Source: Candidatus Woesearchaeota archaeon (GTDB lineage Archaea > Nanobdellota > Nanobdellia > Woesearchaeales > SM23-78). Taken from it: a stretch of 64,000 bases of DNA. Below the pieces are notes generated by a model, which saw only the letters and a program-made list of their open reading frames with translations, had not been told where the DNA came from and searched no databases. Of this stretch, positions 18,596 to 27,326 are shown one piece after another; within the stretch, counting starts at the first letter, position 1, and every line of letters starts with the position of its first letter. The stretch covers positions 1,719 through 65,718 of the forward strand of contig JAFGRK010000032.1 in assembly GCA_016935175.1 (NCBI GenBank), written 5' to 3'. The position numbers were made by a program, and so were the translations under genes.

Positions 18596-19408
18596 TTGGA
18601 GTTTAGTATCCATAAGAGGAAAAAGCAGGTTTCTGACAGCTATCCTAAGGAAGTAATGGACATAGCCTATGACTTCAGCAAGCGAGTCTACAAGGAGTTT
18701 GCCAAGTTCATAAAGGCTATTGTGCTTTTCGGCAGCTCTGCAAGGAAAAAGCAAGGCGGCCAGGGAGACATAGACGTCCTTATAATAGTGGATGATGTGA
18801 GCATAATCATTGACAAGGAGTTTGTCCAGGCTTACAGGATTATCATCCAGAAGATAGCTGCAGAGGTGAACCCTCAAAAGCTTCACATAACCACTCTTAA
18901 GTTCACTAGCTTCTGGGAGTATGTAAGGGCAGGGGACCCTGTGGCTGTCAACATACTAAGGGATGGCCTGCCGATAATTGACTCTGGCTTCTTTGAGCCA
19001 TTGCAAGTTTTGCTTTACCAAGGAAGAATCAGGCCTAGCCCTGAGAGCATGTGGAATTATTTCAGCAAGGCTCCTGTGACTCTTTATAATTCCAAGTGGC
19101 ATATCAAGCAGGCAGTGCTTGATCTTTACTGGGCTGTCATTGATGCTGCTCACGCAGCCTTGATGAAGCTCAACGAGGTGCCTCCTAGCCCTAGCCATGT
19201 CGCTGACATGCTGGAGATAAAGATGGTGAGGAAAGGATTGCTTGACAAGAAATACGCCCATACCATGAAACAGTTCTATCACATCTCAAGGATCATCCTG
19301 CACGGCCAGGTAACTGAGATCTCAGGCGCCCAGTTCGATGAGTACTTCAGGCATGCCAAGGAATTCGTTGATGAGATGCAGAAGTTCATTGAAGGCAGAA
19401 AAAGTTAG
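18596..19408 (+). CDS. Nucleotidyltransferase-domain protein with a C-terminal HEPN-like / substrate-binding helical domain (fused NTase-HEPN).
   Basis: NTase motif VLFGSSARKKQGGQGDIDVLIIVDD, and a C-terminal helical domain (KQAVLDLYWAVIDAAHAALMK...). The track start is a TTG, and an alternative ATG (MDIAYDF) lies at about 18656. Confidence 0.6.
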   Translation: MEFSIHKRKKQVSDSYPKEVMDIAYDFSKRVYKEFAKFIKAIVLFGSSARKKQGGQGDIDVLIIVDDVSIIIDKEFVQAYRIIIQKIAAEVNPQKLHITTLKFTSFWEYVRAGDPVAVNILRDGLPIIDSGFFEPLQVLLYQGRIRPSPESMWNYFSKAPVTLYNSKWHIKQAVLDLYWAVIDAAHAALMKLNEVPPSPSHVADMLEIKMVRKGLLDKKYAHTMKQFYHISRIILHGQVTEISGAQFDEYFRHAKEFVDEMQKFIEGRKS

Positions 19409-19453
19409 GGAGCAAAACCTCATTCTAGAAAAAAGCTTTAAGCCTATTGCTTA

Positions 19454-20215
19454 TTACCTGTTGCAGGCGACGCCATAATTATACTCGCAGGCACTTATTG
19501 ATTGGCAGCTCCTTGCGGTTATAGGAGTAGTCTTGTAGGCGAGCCAAGGAGTATAGGACTGGTAGGCGTAATTATAGTTATAGCCGCATGAATAAGCATT
19601 AATATCCCATTCATGCTCATGGCCATAGTGCTTGACATACATTGCGCAGGTGCCATTAGGCCCTGGCATGTAGCCGTAGACATGCTGGCCAAAGGTCTTC
19701 ATGCCTTCTGGGATGATGCTCTTGTCCAGCTCTGACGGGTTAGGGTTCCTGACGATATCAACCCTTCCGAGTGAAGGATAATAGACATCCACATCTGAAT
19801 AGCCCACAAAGCTGTCATAGCCTCTGAAATCATCATACTTGTACTCTATGCCCATGTCCTCGTGGAAAAGGTATTGCCTTGGGTAAGGCCCTGTCACGAC
19901 GGGCAGGTTGCCGTCGTAATACCTATCGTCGTAATAAACGTAATTGGCTCCGAGTGGATTGTAGCTTTGGTAAGGATAGTAGTTTTGAGAATAATAATCT
20001 TGGTAAGGGCTTTGCTGATAACTATTTTGCTGATAGCCCTGCTGGTAATCTTGCATGTTAAGGTTTTGGCTATTATATGAAGAGTAATGGCTTCCGAGAT
20101 AGTAGTAATCATAGTTAAAGCCATCAGTGTCATACCAGTAAGCCTGGGTTGCTGAGATCAAAGTCATGAGAATCATCAATGCAGCGCATACAATCGTAAT
20201 CATCTTTCTTATCAT
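19454..20215 (-). CDS. Secreted Tyr/Asn/Gln-rich low-complexity protein.
   Basis: Signal peptide MIRKMITIVCAALMILMTLISATQA. Extremely Y-rich sequence (YQQGYQQNSYQQSPYQDYYSQNYYPYQSYN...) with a Cys-containing C-terminal region. Confidence 0.6.
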   Translation of the reverse strand: MIRKMITIVCAALMILMTLISATQAYWYDTDGFNYDYYYLGSHYSSYNSQNLNMQDYQQGYQQNSYQQSPYQDYYSQNYYPYQSYNPLGANYVYYDDRYYDGNLPVVTGPYPRQYLFHEDMGIEYKYDDFRGYDSFVGYSDVDVYYPSLGRVDIVRNPNPSELDKSIIPEGMKTFGQHVYGYMPGPNGTCAMYVKHYGHEHEWDINAYSCGYNYNYAYQSYTPWLAYKTTPITARSCQSISACEYNYGVACNR

Positions 20216-20224
20216 GTTGCCACC

Positions 20225-21013
20225 TTAGTAGAATCCTACGACATAATAGCCGCCTGACAAGGGCTCTGAAATCCTTGCATAATAGGCAGGCTCATCTGAG
20301 TAAACATCTCTTGCATAGGCTCCGTAGCTATTGTAGCTGCCGTAGCCGTAGCCATAGTTAGAGTAGCTTGGATAACCATAGCTTCCGAATGAGCTGTAGC
20401 TAGTGTATCCATAATCGTTATATCCATATCCATAATTGTTATATCCATAGTTGCTTCCATAGCTGCTATAGTAATTGTTGTAATGGTTATTGTTGTAATA
20501 GTTGTAACTAGGATAATTGTAAGTCAAGACTCCATATGACTGGTATGCTTGAGGATGGTCAAAGTATGTCCCTCCAAGGTTGTTGTCCACGTAGCCTGTG
20601 TATCTTCCACCCTCATAGTCAGCATAGTACTTGACTGCTGATGGCTGGTACAGGCTTGAGGTGTAGCCTCTCGTGTCTGTGTAATAGGCTTCTCCTTGGA
20701 GTGGAGGGTTGTATTTTGCCTGGAGCACTTGCGGAGAGACATAGTAGTAGCTTGCTGGCCTAAAGCCAAAGCTCTTCACCAGGTTAGGCTCATAGATGTA
20801 TTGCTCATAGCCTTCGAGGTCATTTATCTTGATGTAGTCTTCCCTGTATTCCAGGTACCTGTCCCATTCTTCCTGCCTTGCCGCAGTCACATTGAATATT
20901 ATTGCGCTGGCTAGCTGGGATAGGCTCAAGGCTAGAACCGTGCATAATATTGCTAGGATTATCCTCTTATTCATTGAAATCCCCCTGATTCCCAGTATAA
21001 TGTGCTTTGCCAT
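20225..21013 (-). CDS. Secreted Tyr/Gly/Ser/Asn-rich low-complexity protein (GYGYN-type repeats).
   Basis: Signal peptide MNKRIILAILCTVLALSLSQLASA; the likely true start is an internal Met at about 20974. The C-terminal half is NYGYGYNDYGYTSYSSFGSYGYPSYSNYGYGYGSYNSYGAY. Confidence 0.6.
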   Translation of the reverse strand: MAKHIILGIRGISMNKRIILAILCTVLALSLSQLASAIIFNVTAARQEEWDRYLEYREDYIKINDLEGYEQYIYEPNLVKSFGFRPASYYYVSPQVLQAKYNPPLQGEAYYTDTRGYTSSLYQPSAVKYYADYEGGRYTGYVDNNLGGTYFDHPQAYQSYGVLTYNYPSYNYYNNNHYNNYYSSYGSNYGYNNYGYGYNDYGYTSYSSFGSYGYPSYSNYGYGYGSYNSYGAYARDVYSDEPAYYARISEPLSGGYYVVGFY

Positions 21014-21138
21014 TTAAATAGTTTTCGCTTTTTAACCACTAAATAGTAGTTATAAAACTTTAGAGTGTGCATGAATAGCACTATAATCAGGAATAATGAA
21101 AAAAAGCAAGAAAGAACAAGGAAAAAGCAAGAAAAAGA

Positions 21139-22083
21139 TTACTTGTTCACATTGAAAACATTGCTCAAGTCAATCTTGGACTCAGGCATCTTCTCGCGCT
21201 CCTTCTTGCGCTCCTCCTCAGACTTCTCCAACTGCTCTTTAGTATTGAGCTCTTTCACAGAGAAATCAGGGTCGCCCTCGCTGACTTCTTCATCATCACA
21301 AGGCTCATCAGCGCTTTCTGATTTAGCAGGCTCTTGCTCAGGCTCAGCTTGCTGCTCAGGCTCATCAGCAGGAACAGGCTCTTCAGAAGCTTCAGCCTCA
21401 GCAGGCTCCTCAAGCTCAGCTTCCTGCTGCTCAGGCTCCTCAACAAGAGCAATCTCCTCAGGCTCTGCTGCTTCCTCCACTACTGGTTCTTCTGTTGTTT
21501 GCGACTCTGCCGAAAACTCAGAAGCATCAGCTTCTGTCGGTTGAGGCTCTTCATCCGCTGGCTCTTCATTGACATCCTCAATAGGCTCAGTCTCCAAAGT
21601 CTCAGGAATAGGGACTTCAACTGGCTCCTCAAGCTCAGCTTCCTGCTGCTCAGGCTCCTCCGCAGGAGCACTCTCCTCAACAAGCTCAGCCTCGCTAACC
21701 TCTTCCTTGATCTCAACAGCATCATCCTCATCAACAGGCTCACCAGCAAGCTCAGGCTCATCAGGGATGAGCTCCTTCAAAGGCTTGTTGACATCAATCC
21801 CCTCTAAATTAATTCTCACATCACCCCTGCCCCTTGCAATGTTAGCAGTTAGCTGCTCAACCTGCTTGTGAGCAAGCTCGACCTCAGCATCCTTCTTCCG
21901 ATCACCAAGCATCTGCCTCTCCTTCTCAGAGAAGTCATCAGCAACCTTCTTGCCAGTCTCAAGCATGTCAGCAGCCATCCTCCTAGCCTCAAAATCCGAG
22001 GAGGCCAGCTTGTTCTTGCGAAGCGTAGCAGCCAGCTTCTCAATCTCACCATCACGCTTAGACTTAATGTTAAAATCCGCCAT
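21139..22083 (-). CDS. Protein with a ~100-aa N-terminal domain followed by a long acidic E/P-rich tail carrying internal repeats.
   Basis: The repeat EEPEQQEAELEEP occurs twice (DNA repeats at about 21395-21440 and 21595-21660). No TM segments. First gene of a minus-strand operon with the two Tyr-rich proteins. Confidence 0.55.
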   Translation of the reverse strand: MADFNIKSKRDGEIEKLAATLRKNKLASSDFEARRMAADMLETGKKVADDFSEKERQMLGDRKKDAEVELAHKQVEQLTANIARGRGDVRINLEGIDVNKPLKELIPDEPELAGEPVDEDDAVEIKEEVSEAELVEESAPAEEPEQQEAELEEPVEVPIPETLETEPIEDVNEEPADEEPQPTEADASEFSAESQTTEEPVVEEAAEPEEIALVEEPEQQEAELEEPAEAEASEEPVPADEPEQQAEPEQEPAKSESADEPCDDEEVSEGDPDFSVKELNTKEQLEKSEEERKKEREKMPESKIDLSNVFNVNK

Positions 22084-22181
22084 TCATACCACCCTTTATT
22101 GTTTTAAACAAGAGTTATAGCTATTATCCCGAACTAAGTATATATAAAATTTTTGGATTAAAGCCCATATGATGGAAAAAG

Positions 22182-22285
22182 TGGGGTTGCGAAGATTTGA
22201 ACTCCGATTACGTGGCCCCGAACCACGGGTGATAATTGCTCCAGCAGCCCAAAAGGGCTCACTGACCAAGTTACACTACAACCCC
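22182..22285 (-). tRNA. tRNA-Pro (anticodon CGG), with a probable ~30-nt non-canonical intron in the D-arm region.
   Basis: Minus strand: acceptor GGGGTTG/CAACCCC plus discriminator A; intact anticodon arm CGTGG-TTCGGGG-CCACG; T-arm CGGAG-TTCAAAT-CTTCG. Total length is 104 nt. The D-stem GTG(T)/(T)CAC can form only if about 30 nt (GTGAGCCCTTTTGGGCTGCTGGAGCAATTA, plus 22233-22262) are removed. A TATA-like 'ttttaaaca' lies ~25 nt upstream on the minus strand. Confidence 0.55.
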
Positions 22286-22385
22286 GATGGACTAATGAAG
22301 CTTATGAATGTTTAAAAGTGTTTTGTTTCACGATATGAAAGAAAATTACATAAAAGCAAAAAATATATGAATTCCAAAATTCATC

Positions 22386-24371
22386 GTGTATAACGTAAAA
22401 ATTTGGTGGAGTTTAATGTATTACAAATCAATAAGCTCATACTTTGCGTTATTCATAATAATAATCTTTCTTACAAGCTGCACAATTAACGATTACGATA
22501 AAAAAACTACGGCAACAGATCAATCTGGAAGCGATGATTGTTTAAAGCTTACCCGAGCTTTAGAAAGCGATTTTAAAAATAACGGAGATGGTTTTGCTTC
22601 ATTAGCAAAACTTCAAAATATTAATCGTAGCTATGTAATTTTATCTGAAACACGTAAAAATGAAACAGTAGGAGGTATAATAAGAGGAATTCACATATTT
22701 AACCAAAATATAGAAGGAGTGGACGGGAGATATGCAGAAGAAGAGACTATCACTCGTTGCCTTGTTGAATTCGATCTTGGGAAAAAATCAGCGCTTATTC
22801 TTTATGATGATGGAGATATTGATATCGATGTAAGCGAGCTCAGCCATAAATATAAAGTTGGAACTTTCTATACTTTCAATATGTTTGATCACTTCGCAGA
22901 TGATGGTCATAGTTGGAAAGGACCTTCTTTAAATGAATATGCTAAGTGCAATAATGATAAAAAGCTCAAGGAATATTTAGATGAGCGTCGTTTGCCAACC
23001 AAAAAAGATTGCACTTCAGATGCTGATTGCGGATTATATAATAATACGTATTTTGGGATTGTTACTGCTTGTCATAAAGAGGATTGGGACTGCATTGAGA
23101 AAGCAGAACAAAATAATAGAGGCTCCTATGGCCATGGTCCCGGCCCTGCTCCAAGAGAAAGCTTTTATGTCATTTGTCAAGGAGGAGAATGCATAAAAGA
23201 AATGAATTGTAGCGTATGTAACTCTGAAATTACCAGAAAGAATTGCGCTGAAGTCCAGTACGTTACTGGCGGTTCCTGGCAATGCGCACGTATTGGTAGC
23301 TGCGGCTGCAAGATTGGCTGTTCTAATGAATCTGATGGTGTTTGTCCTCATCTTCTGTGCGAGGATTATGTAGATGACACTGACAGAGAAATTCCTTATT
23401 CCATTTGCTGCTATCATAAAGAATACTTTGATGCTGACTGCTGCCAAGCAGCAGGAAAATACTGGATTAAAACTAACCAGGGATACGTTTGTTCTGACAA
23501 GGACTATAACCCTGGCTGTAATCCAGGGCAAGAATGTAGCGCAACCTCTGATGGATGCTGCCCCAATTGGTGTATTATAGGCACAGATGCAGATTGTTGC
23601 AAACAAGCAGGAAAATACTGGCTGACCAACTCCTGGGGAGGGAGCGCGTGCTACAATGCTGATTACAACCGCGGGTGCTCACCAAGTAATGATTGTGAAA
23701 CAAAAGGAGACGGATGCTGCCCAAACTGGTGCTCTGCAGGCTCAGATATAGACTGCTGCAAGCAGGAAGGTAAATATTGGCTAACAGAGCTTTCAGGGTC
23801 AGAAGGGTGCTATGACTCTCATTACAGTAAAGGATGCTCGCCAGAAAGCGAATGTGAGATTTTCGGGGATGGATGCTGCCCAAACTGGTGCTCTGCAGGC
23901 TCAGATGCAGACTGCTGCAAACAAGCAGGAAAATACTGGCTGACCACCTCATGGGGAAGTTATATTTGCTCTAATCAGTCGAACTACAACTCTAGCTGTT
24001 TGGCAAACAGTGATTGTGAAATCGTTGGGGATGGTTGTTGCCCAAGTTGGTGCGCCTTGGCCATAGATATCGATTGCTGCCAACAAGCAGGCGGAAACTG
24101 GCAAGAAGCAGAATATGGTTTCTCATGCTTTTTAAAAAACCAGGAAAACAGAACAGCCCAAACCAAAACATGCAAGTTATCCTTACCTGACGGTGAATGT
24201 CCTAGCTGGTGCCAGTATTATGAAGATGCAGACTGCTGCAATGAGGTAGGAGGTTATATTATCCCAGGAAACTATGAATTTGGCCCTGCGTGCGCAATAG
24301 ACTGCCCAAAAGTAGATTGTGACGATTCACTCAATCACGGTTTCATACACTCGGTTATCTCATCAAAATAA
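22386..24371 (+). CDS. Cysteine-rich tandem-repeat protein (6 repeats of ~52 aa, 8 Cys each) with a lipobox-like signal (FLTSC); putative surface lipoprotein.
   Basis: Repeat consensus D-x-DCC-[KQ]-Q-A-GKYWLT...C....Y..GC.....C....GDGCCPNWC.AGS. Two DNA copies are near-identical (about 23712-23790 and 23870-23950). AT-richer than its surroundings. N-terminal hydrophobic segment ending LTSC. Confidence 0.7.
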   Translation: MYNVKIWWSLMYYKSISSYFALFIIIIFLTSCTINDYDKKTTATDQSGSDDCLKLTRALESDFKNNGDGFASLAKLQNINRSYVILSETRKNETVGGIIRGIHIFNQNIEGVDGRYAEEETITRCLVEFDLGKKSALILYDDGDIDIDVSELSHKYKVGTFYTFNMFDHFADDGHSWKGPSLNEYAKCNNDKKLKEYLDERRLPTKKDCTSDADCGLYNNTYFGIVTACHKEDWDCIEKAEQNNRGSYGHGPGPAPRESFYVICQGGECIKEMNCSVCNSEITRKNCAEVQYVTGGSWQCARIGSCGCKIGCSNESDGVCPHLLCEDYVDDTDREIPYSICCYHKEYFDADCCQAAGKYWIKTNQGYVCSDKDYNPGCNPGQECSATSDGCCPNWCIIGTDADCCKQAGKYWLTNSWGGSACYNADYNRGCSPSNDCETKGDGCCPNWCSAGSDIDCCKQEGKYWLTELSGSEGCYDSHYSKGCSPESECEIFGDGCCPNWCSAGSDADCCKQAGKYWLTTSWGSYICSNQSNYNSSCLANSDCEIVGDGCCPSWCALAIDIDCCQQAGGNWQEAEYGFSCFLKNQENRTAQTKTCKLSLPDGECPSWCQYYEDADCCNEVGGYIIPGNYEFGPACAIDCPKVDCDDSLNHGFIHSVISSK

Positions 24372-24540
24372 TATTCATGGACTCTGCGGGACTTTCATCA
24401 GATTTTCAGATAGCAAAAAAAGGGGACTGAGCAAAGCTTTGCTTTGCGAATGTCTCCTAGTTTTTACCAGATTCAAAAAAAGCTTTGCTTTTGATGCTCA
24501 AAAACTTTTGTTTTTGATGTTTCCTAAAAATCTGTTTTGA

Positions 24541-24652
24541 ACCCGCGGCCCCCACATTGCGAATGTGGTGCTCTTTCCCGCAACAAGGGAAACTCAAAAA
24601 GGTTTCCTTTTTGCTGTACCAGGCTGAGCTAAGAGCCCATAAGAACACGGGT
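24541..24652 (-). other. tRNA-like locus (scrambled or multi-intron tRNA, or a tRNA pseudogene): D-arm, anticodon arm (GUU) and T-arm are recognisable, but there is no simple acceptor pairing.
   Basis: The minus strand reads GGGCTCT-TA-GCTC-AGCCTGGTA-CAGC, then a hairpin, then TTCCC-TTGTTGC-GGGAA, then CCACA-TTCGCAA-TGTGG. A candidate 7-bp acceptor ACCCGTG/CGCGGGT exists only if extra segments are excised. Confidence 0.25.
24587..24613 (+). terminator. Hairpin plus T-tract terminator candidate downstream of the Cys-rich gene.
   Basis: gggaaactcaaaaaggtttcc followed by ttttt. It overlaps an alternative hairpin tttccc-gcaacaa-gggaaa. Confidence 0.35.
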
Positions 24653-24666
24653 TATAATCAGCTCTT

Positions 24667-25173
24667 TTAAATCTTTTTATGCGCAAAGAAGATTATGTCC
24701 TTGTCCTCCTCGATTATCTCGTCAATGCCAAACAGCTCCTTGATAAGGGATTGAATCTCCTGCAGCTTAGAGCTCCTCTTGAGGATGCTGAACACAAACC
24801 TGCTCCTGCCCACCCGCTCCATCTCCTCCATGCCCTTCCTTATGTCATTGAAGTTATGGATGGCTGTGAGGCTTATCACAAAGTCAAATGTGTTGTTCTC
24901 AAATGGCAGCTCCTCGGCGCAGCCGCACATAAGCTTGTGCTTGCCCTTGTACTGCTTGACTAGCTTCTCAGAAAGGTCAATGCCAGTCACCTGGCACTTG
25001 AAAAGCTTGAGGTAAGAGCCATTGCCACAGCCAACATCAAGAAGAGTCAGGTTCTTGGACTGCTGTGTTGCCTTGCAGAGCTCTAGCTTGCCAGCAATGA
25101 TAGCTGCTTTCTTTTGCTGCTCCTCCCCGTGAAGCCTGGAGTACCCTTTTGAGATGGCGTTGTAGTAGTTCAT
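24667..25173 (-). CDS. Class I SAM-dependent methyltransferase (small, Methyltransf_11-like).
   Basis: Motif I LLDVGCGNGSY, an acidic residue after beta2 (TGIDLSE) and motif IV FDFVIS. Confidence 0.8.
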   Translation of the reverse strand: MNYYNAISKGYSRLHGEEQQKKAAIIAGKLELCKATQQSKNLTLLDVGCGNGSYLKLFKCQVTGIDLSEKLVKQYKGKHKLMCGCAEELPFENNTFDFVISLTAIHNFNDIRKGMEEMERVGRSRFVFSILKRSSKLQEIQSLIKELFGIDEIIEEDKDIIFFAHKKI

Positions 25174-25206
25174 CTTGATCCAACACCGCGATTATATGTG
25201 ATTAAT

Positions 25207-26796
25207 TTAGTGTATGAGCATTGAAAACAAGAGCCAGAAAAGTAGTGAAAGTATCAAAAAGAGCACTCCTGACACAAGGTTGAAATTGAGGCCTTTCTTG
25301 TGCTTGAAATGCCCCCATGATACTAGCAGGATAATCACCATTATCGGCGTAATTAAGTATAGGAACATGAATGACATGAATATAGGCATGTACAGCCTAG
25401 CTAAATCTAGGATGATTGATAATGGCAAAAGTATTAATGATATGATTATGAAGCACAGGGGGACAGCAAGCCAAAGCCTCTGCCTTGTTGTGAGATTAAC
25501 GCTCTGGAAAACAGCCTCTTTCTTGTCAGTGAAATTCCTTTCAACTGCCATGAGGTATGATGCAACCCAGAATCCTATTATGGTCAAGAAGTTGAACAAT
25601 CCAAATATAGTGAACTTAACCAGCTCAGGCCTTTCTCCCCTGAACACAATTGCTCCTGCTATGAGGCTTGAAAGGCAGGAGATGATTATGAATATGAGCA
25701 GCCCCCATTTGAACGTGTGATTGATCATGCTCTTATAAAAAAGTGTTTTGGCTGGCGCCTCATTCTTCATCCACAAGTCCTGCACAAAGTGCTTTGAAGC
25801 AGTGTTTATCTTGACCTTGGTATAATCCAATTCCTTGATTTGGTTAAGGTCATAGCCAGAGAAGAACTCCTTTAGCTTGGTGTCAGGCTGGTAGCTCTTT
25901 TCAGAGAAGTATCTTATTTCTGTGTCTTTCTCAATCTCATCATAAAGCTCTGGCTGAACATGGCCAAGCACATAGATTACTGCTGGGACTACACCTTCGC
26001 CATAAACCGATGTTGGCCTGAGGGGATAATATATCTTGTCAGTCGGGAAGCTTATGAAAACCCCTAAGATCCCCGGCCTCTCATAACCTAACCTATAATA
26101 TGAAGGGTAAGGCCCGTATACTCCTCGGTTAAGCTGCGTGTTGCGAAACTCAAACATATCTGAGACCCAGCTAATCACAAATGAATAATCCTTGCCGATG
26201 TACTCATCGAGCACATCCATGAATTGAGGGGGAAGGACTACATCCTTCTGTGAAAGGTAAGCTGAGAGCGCATCAGCGCTCTTGGTAGAGACAAGCTCTG
26301 TTGTCAAGCCCATCTTCTCGATGCTCTCATAGACAGTAACTTGCCCTGCTGCTGTGTCAATTAACTTTGTGCCTGCCATGAACATGGACCCGGCGCGCAT
26401 GAATACAAGCATAAAAGGAGCAGGATACATCTGAGTTGCAAGAATGCCCATGAAGACTCCATTCATAGAGTCATCTGCCTTTTCTACAACATCATAGCCA
26501 TTAAGGTAAGGGAAATCCTGCAAGATGTCAATCTTTGCTAGCTCTGGATTTGCTGGCACTGGAAAAAACCAAGCCATGCTCTCTGCAGAAGCCTCAGGAG
26601 AAGCATCCACTGTGAGTATCATCCTTTGGTAGCCATCCTTGAAATTGATTGCACAGTACTGCTGCTCCTCGCTAAGCATGCGCCACATGTCAACGTCACT
26701 AGGGCGAAAAATCATCCCCCCGTCAGCCATCACAGAGTTAGCCAATACTGCAGTAATCAGTATGAGAATAATCAATCCAAAGGTTTTCTTCATCAA
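25207..26796 (-). CDS. Membrane protein with an N-terminal signal peptide, a large extracytoplasmic domain, and a C-terminal bundle of about 5 TM helices.
   Basis: Signal peptide MMKKTFGLIILILITAVLANSVMA. Hydrophobic helices in the C-terminal 170 aa. No catalytic motif recognised. Confidence 0.6.
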   Translation of the reverse strand: MMKKTFGLIILILITAVLANSVMADGGMIFRPSDVDMWRMLSEEQQYCAINFKDGYQRMILTVDASPEASAESMAWFFPVPANPELAKIDILQDFPYLNGYDVVEKADDSMNGVFMGILATQMYPAPFMLVFMRAGSMFMAGTKLIDTAAGQVTVYESIEKMGLTTELVSTKSADALSAYLSQKDVVLPPQFMDVLDEYIGKDYSFVISWVSDMFEFRNTQLNRGVYGPYPSYYRLGYERPGILGVFISFPTDKIYYPLRPTSVYGEGVVPAVIYVLGHVQPELYDEIEKDTEIRYFSEKSYQPDTKLKEFFSGYDLNQIKELDYTKVKINTASKHFVQDLWMKNEAPAKTLFYKSMINHTFKWGLLIFIIISCLSSLIAGAIVFRGERPELVKFTIFGLFNFLTIIGFWVASYLMAVERNFTDKKEAVFQSVNLTTRQRLWLAVPLCFIIISLILLPLSIILDLARLYMPIFMSFMFLYLITPIMVIILLVSWGHFKHKKGLNFNLVSGVLFLILSLLFWLLFSMLIH

Positions 26797-26891
26797 GATA
26801 ACCCTTTAACTCTATTGTTTTTAAATATTGCGTATATTTCAACAGGCAAATGAATAATTATATTAACCATAAAAGCATCCTTTAAGGTGCG

Positions 26892-27326
26892 ATGGCTGTT
26901 AGGAAAAAAAGCAATTGGGTGGAAAGGCTGTTTGAGCTTGACAAGTTTGTTTTTGAAAAGGTAATCATTGAGCAAGAAGTGATTGATGCCATTGTCGAGC
27001 TTGCAGAGCAGACATACCCTAAGGAGTTCATAGCTTTTCTTGAGGGCAAGGTAAAGAATAAGGTGCTCAGGATTTACAGACTGAATTATCAAGAATACAT
27101 TGCCAACCCTAGCTACACAGTGTACAAGATGGACTTCCCGATAACCAGTGACATTGTAGGCACAGTTCACAGCCACCCAGGCCCAAGCAACAGGCCCAGC
27201 AAGGCAGACCTGCAGTCATTCTCAAAGAAAGGGATAGTACACCTAATAATAAGCATGCCTTACTCTAGCAGCACCATACAAGCATATGATATGAATGGCA
27301 ACATGATAGATTACGAAGTTGCTTGA
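26892..27326 (+). CDS. JAMM/MPN+ metalloprotease (archaeal JAMM1-like deubiquitinase/deSAMPylase family).
   Basis: JAMM motif E...HSHPGPSNRPSKAD (H-x-H-x7-S-x2-D). 144 aa. Confidence 0.75.
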   Translation: MAVRKKSNWVERLFELDKFVFEKVIIEQEVIDAIVELAEQTYPKEFIAFLEGKVKNKVLRIYRLNYQEYIANPSYTVYKMDFPITSDIVGTVHSHPGPSNRPSKADLQSFSKKGIVHLIISMPYSSSTIQAYDMNGNMIDYEVA

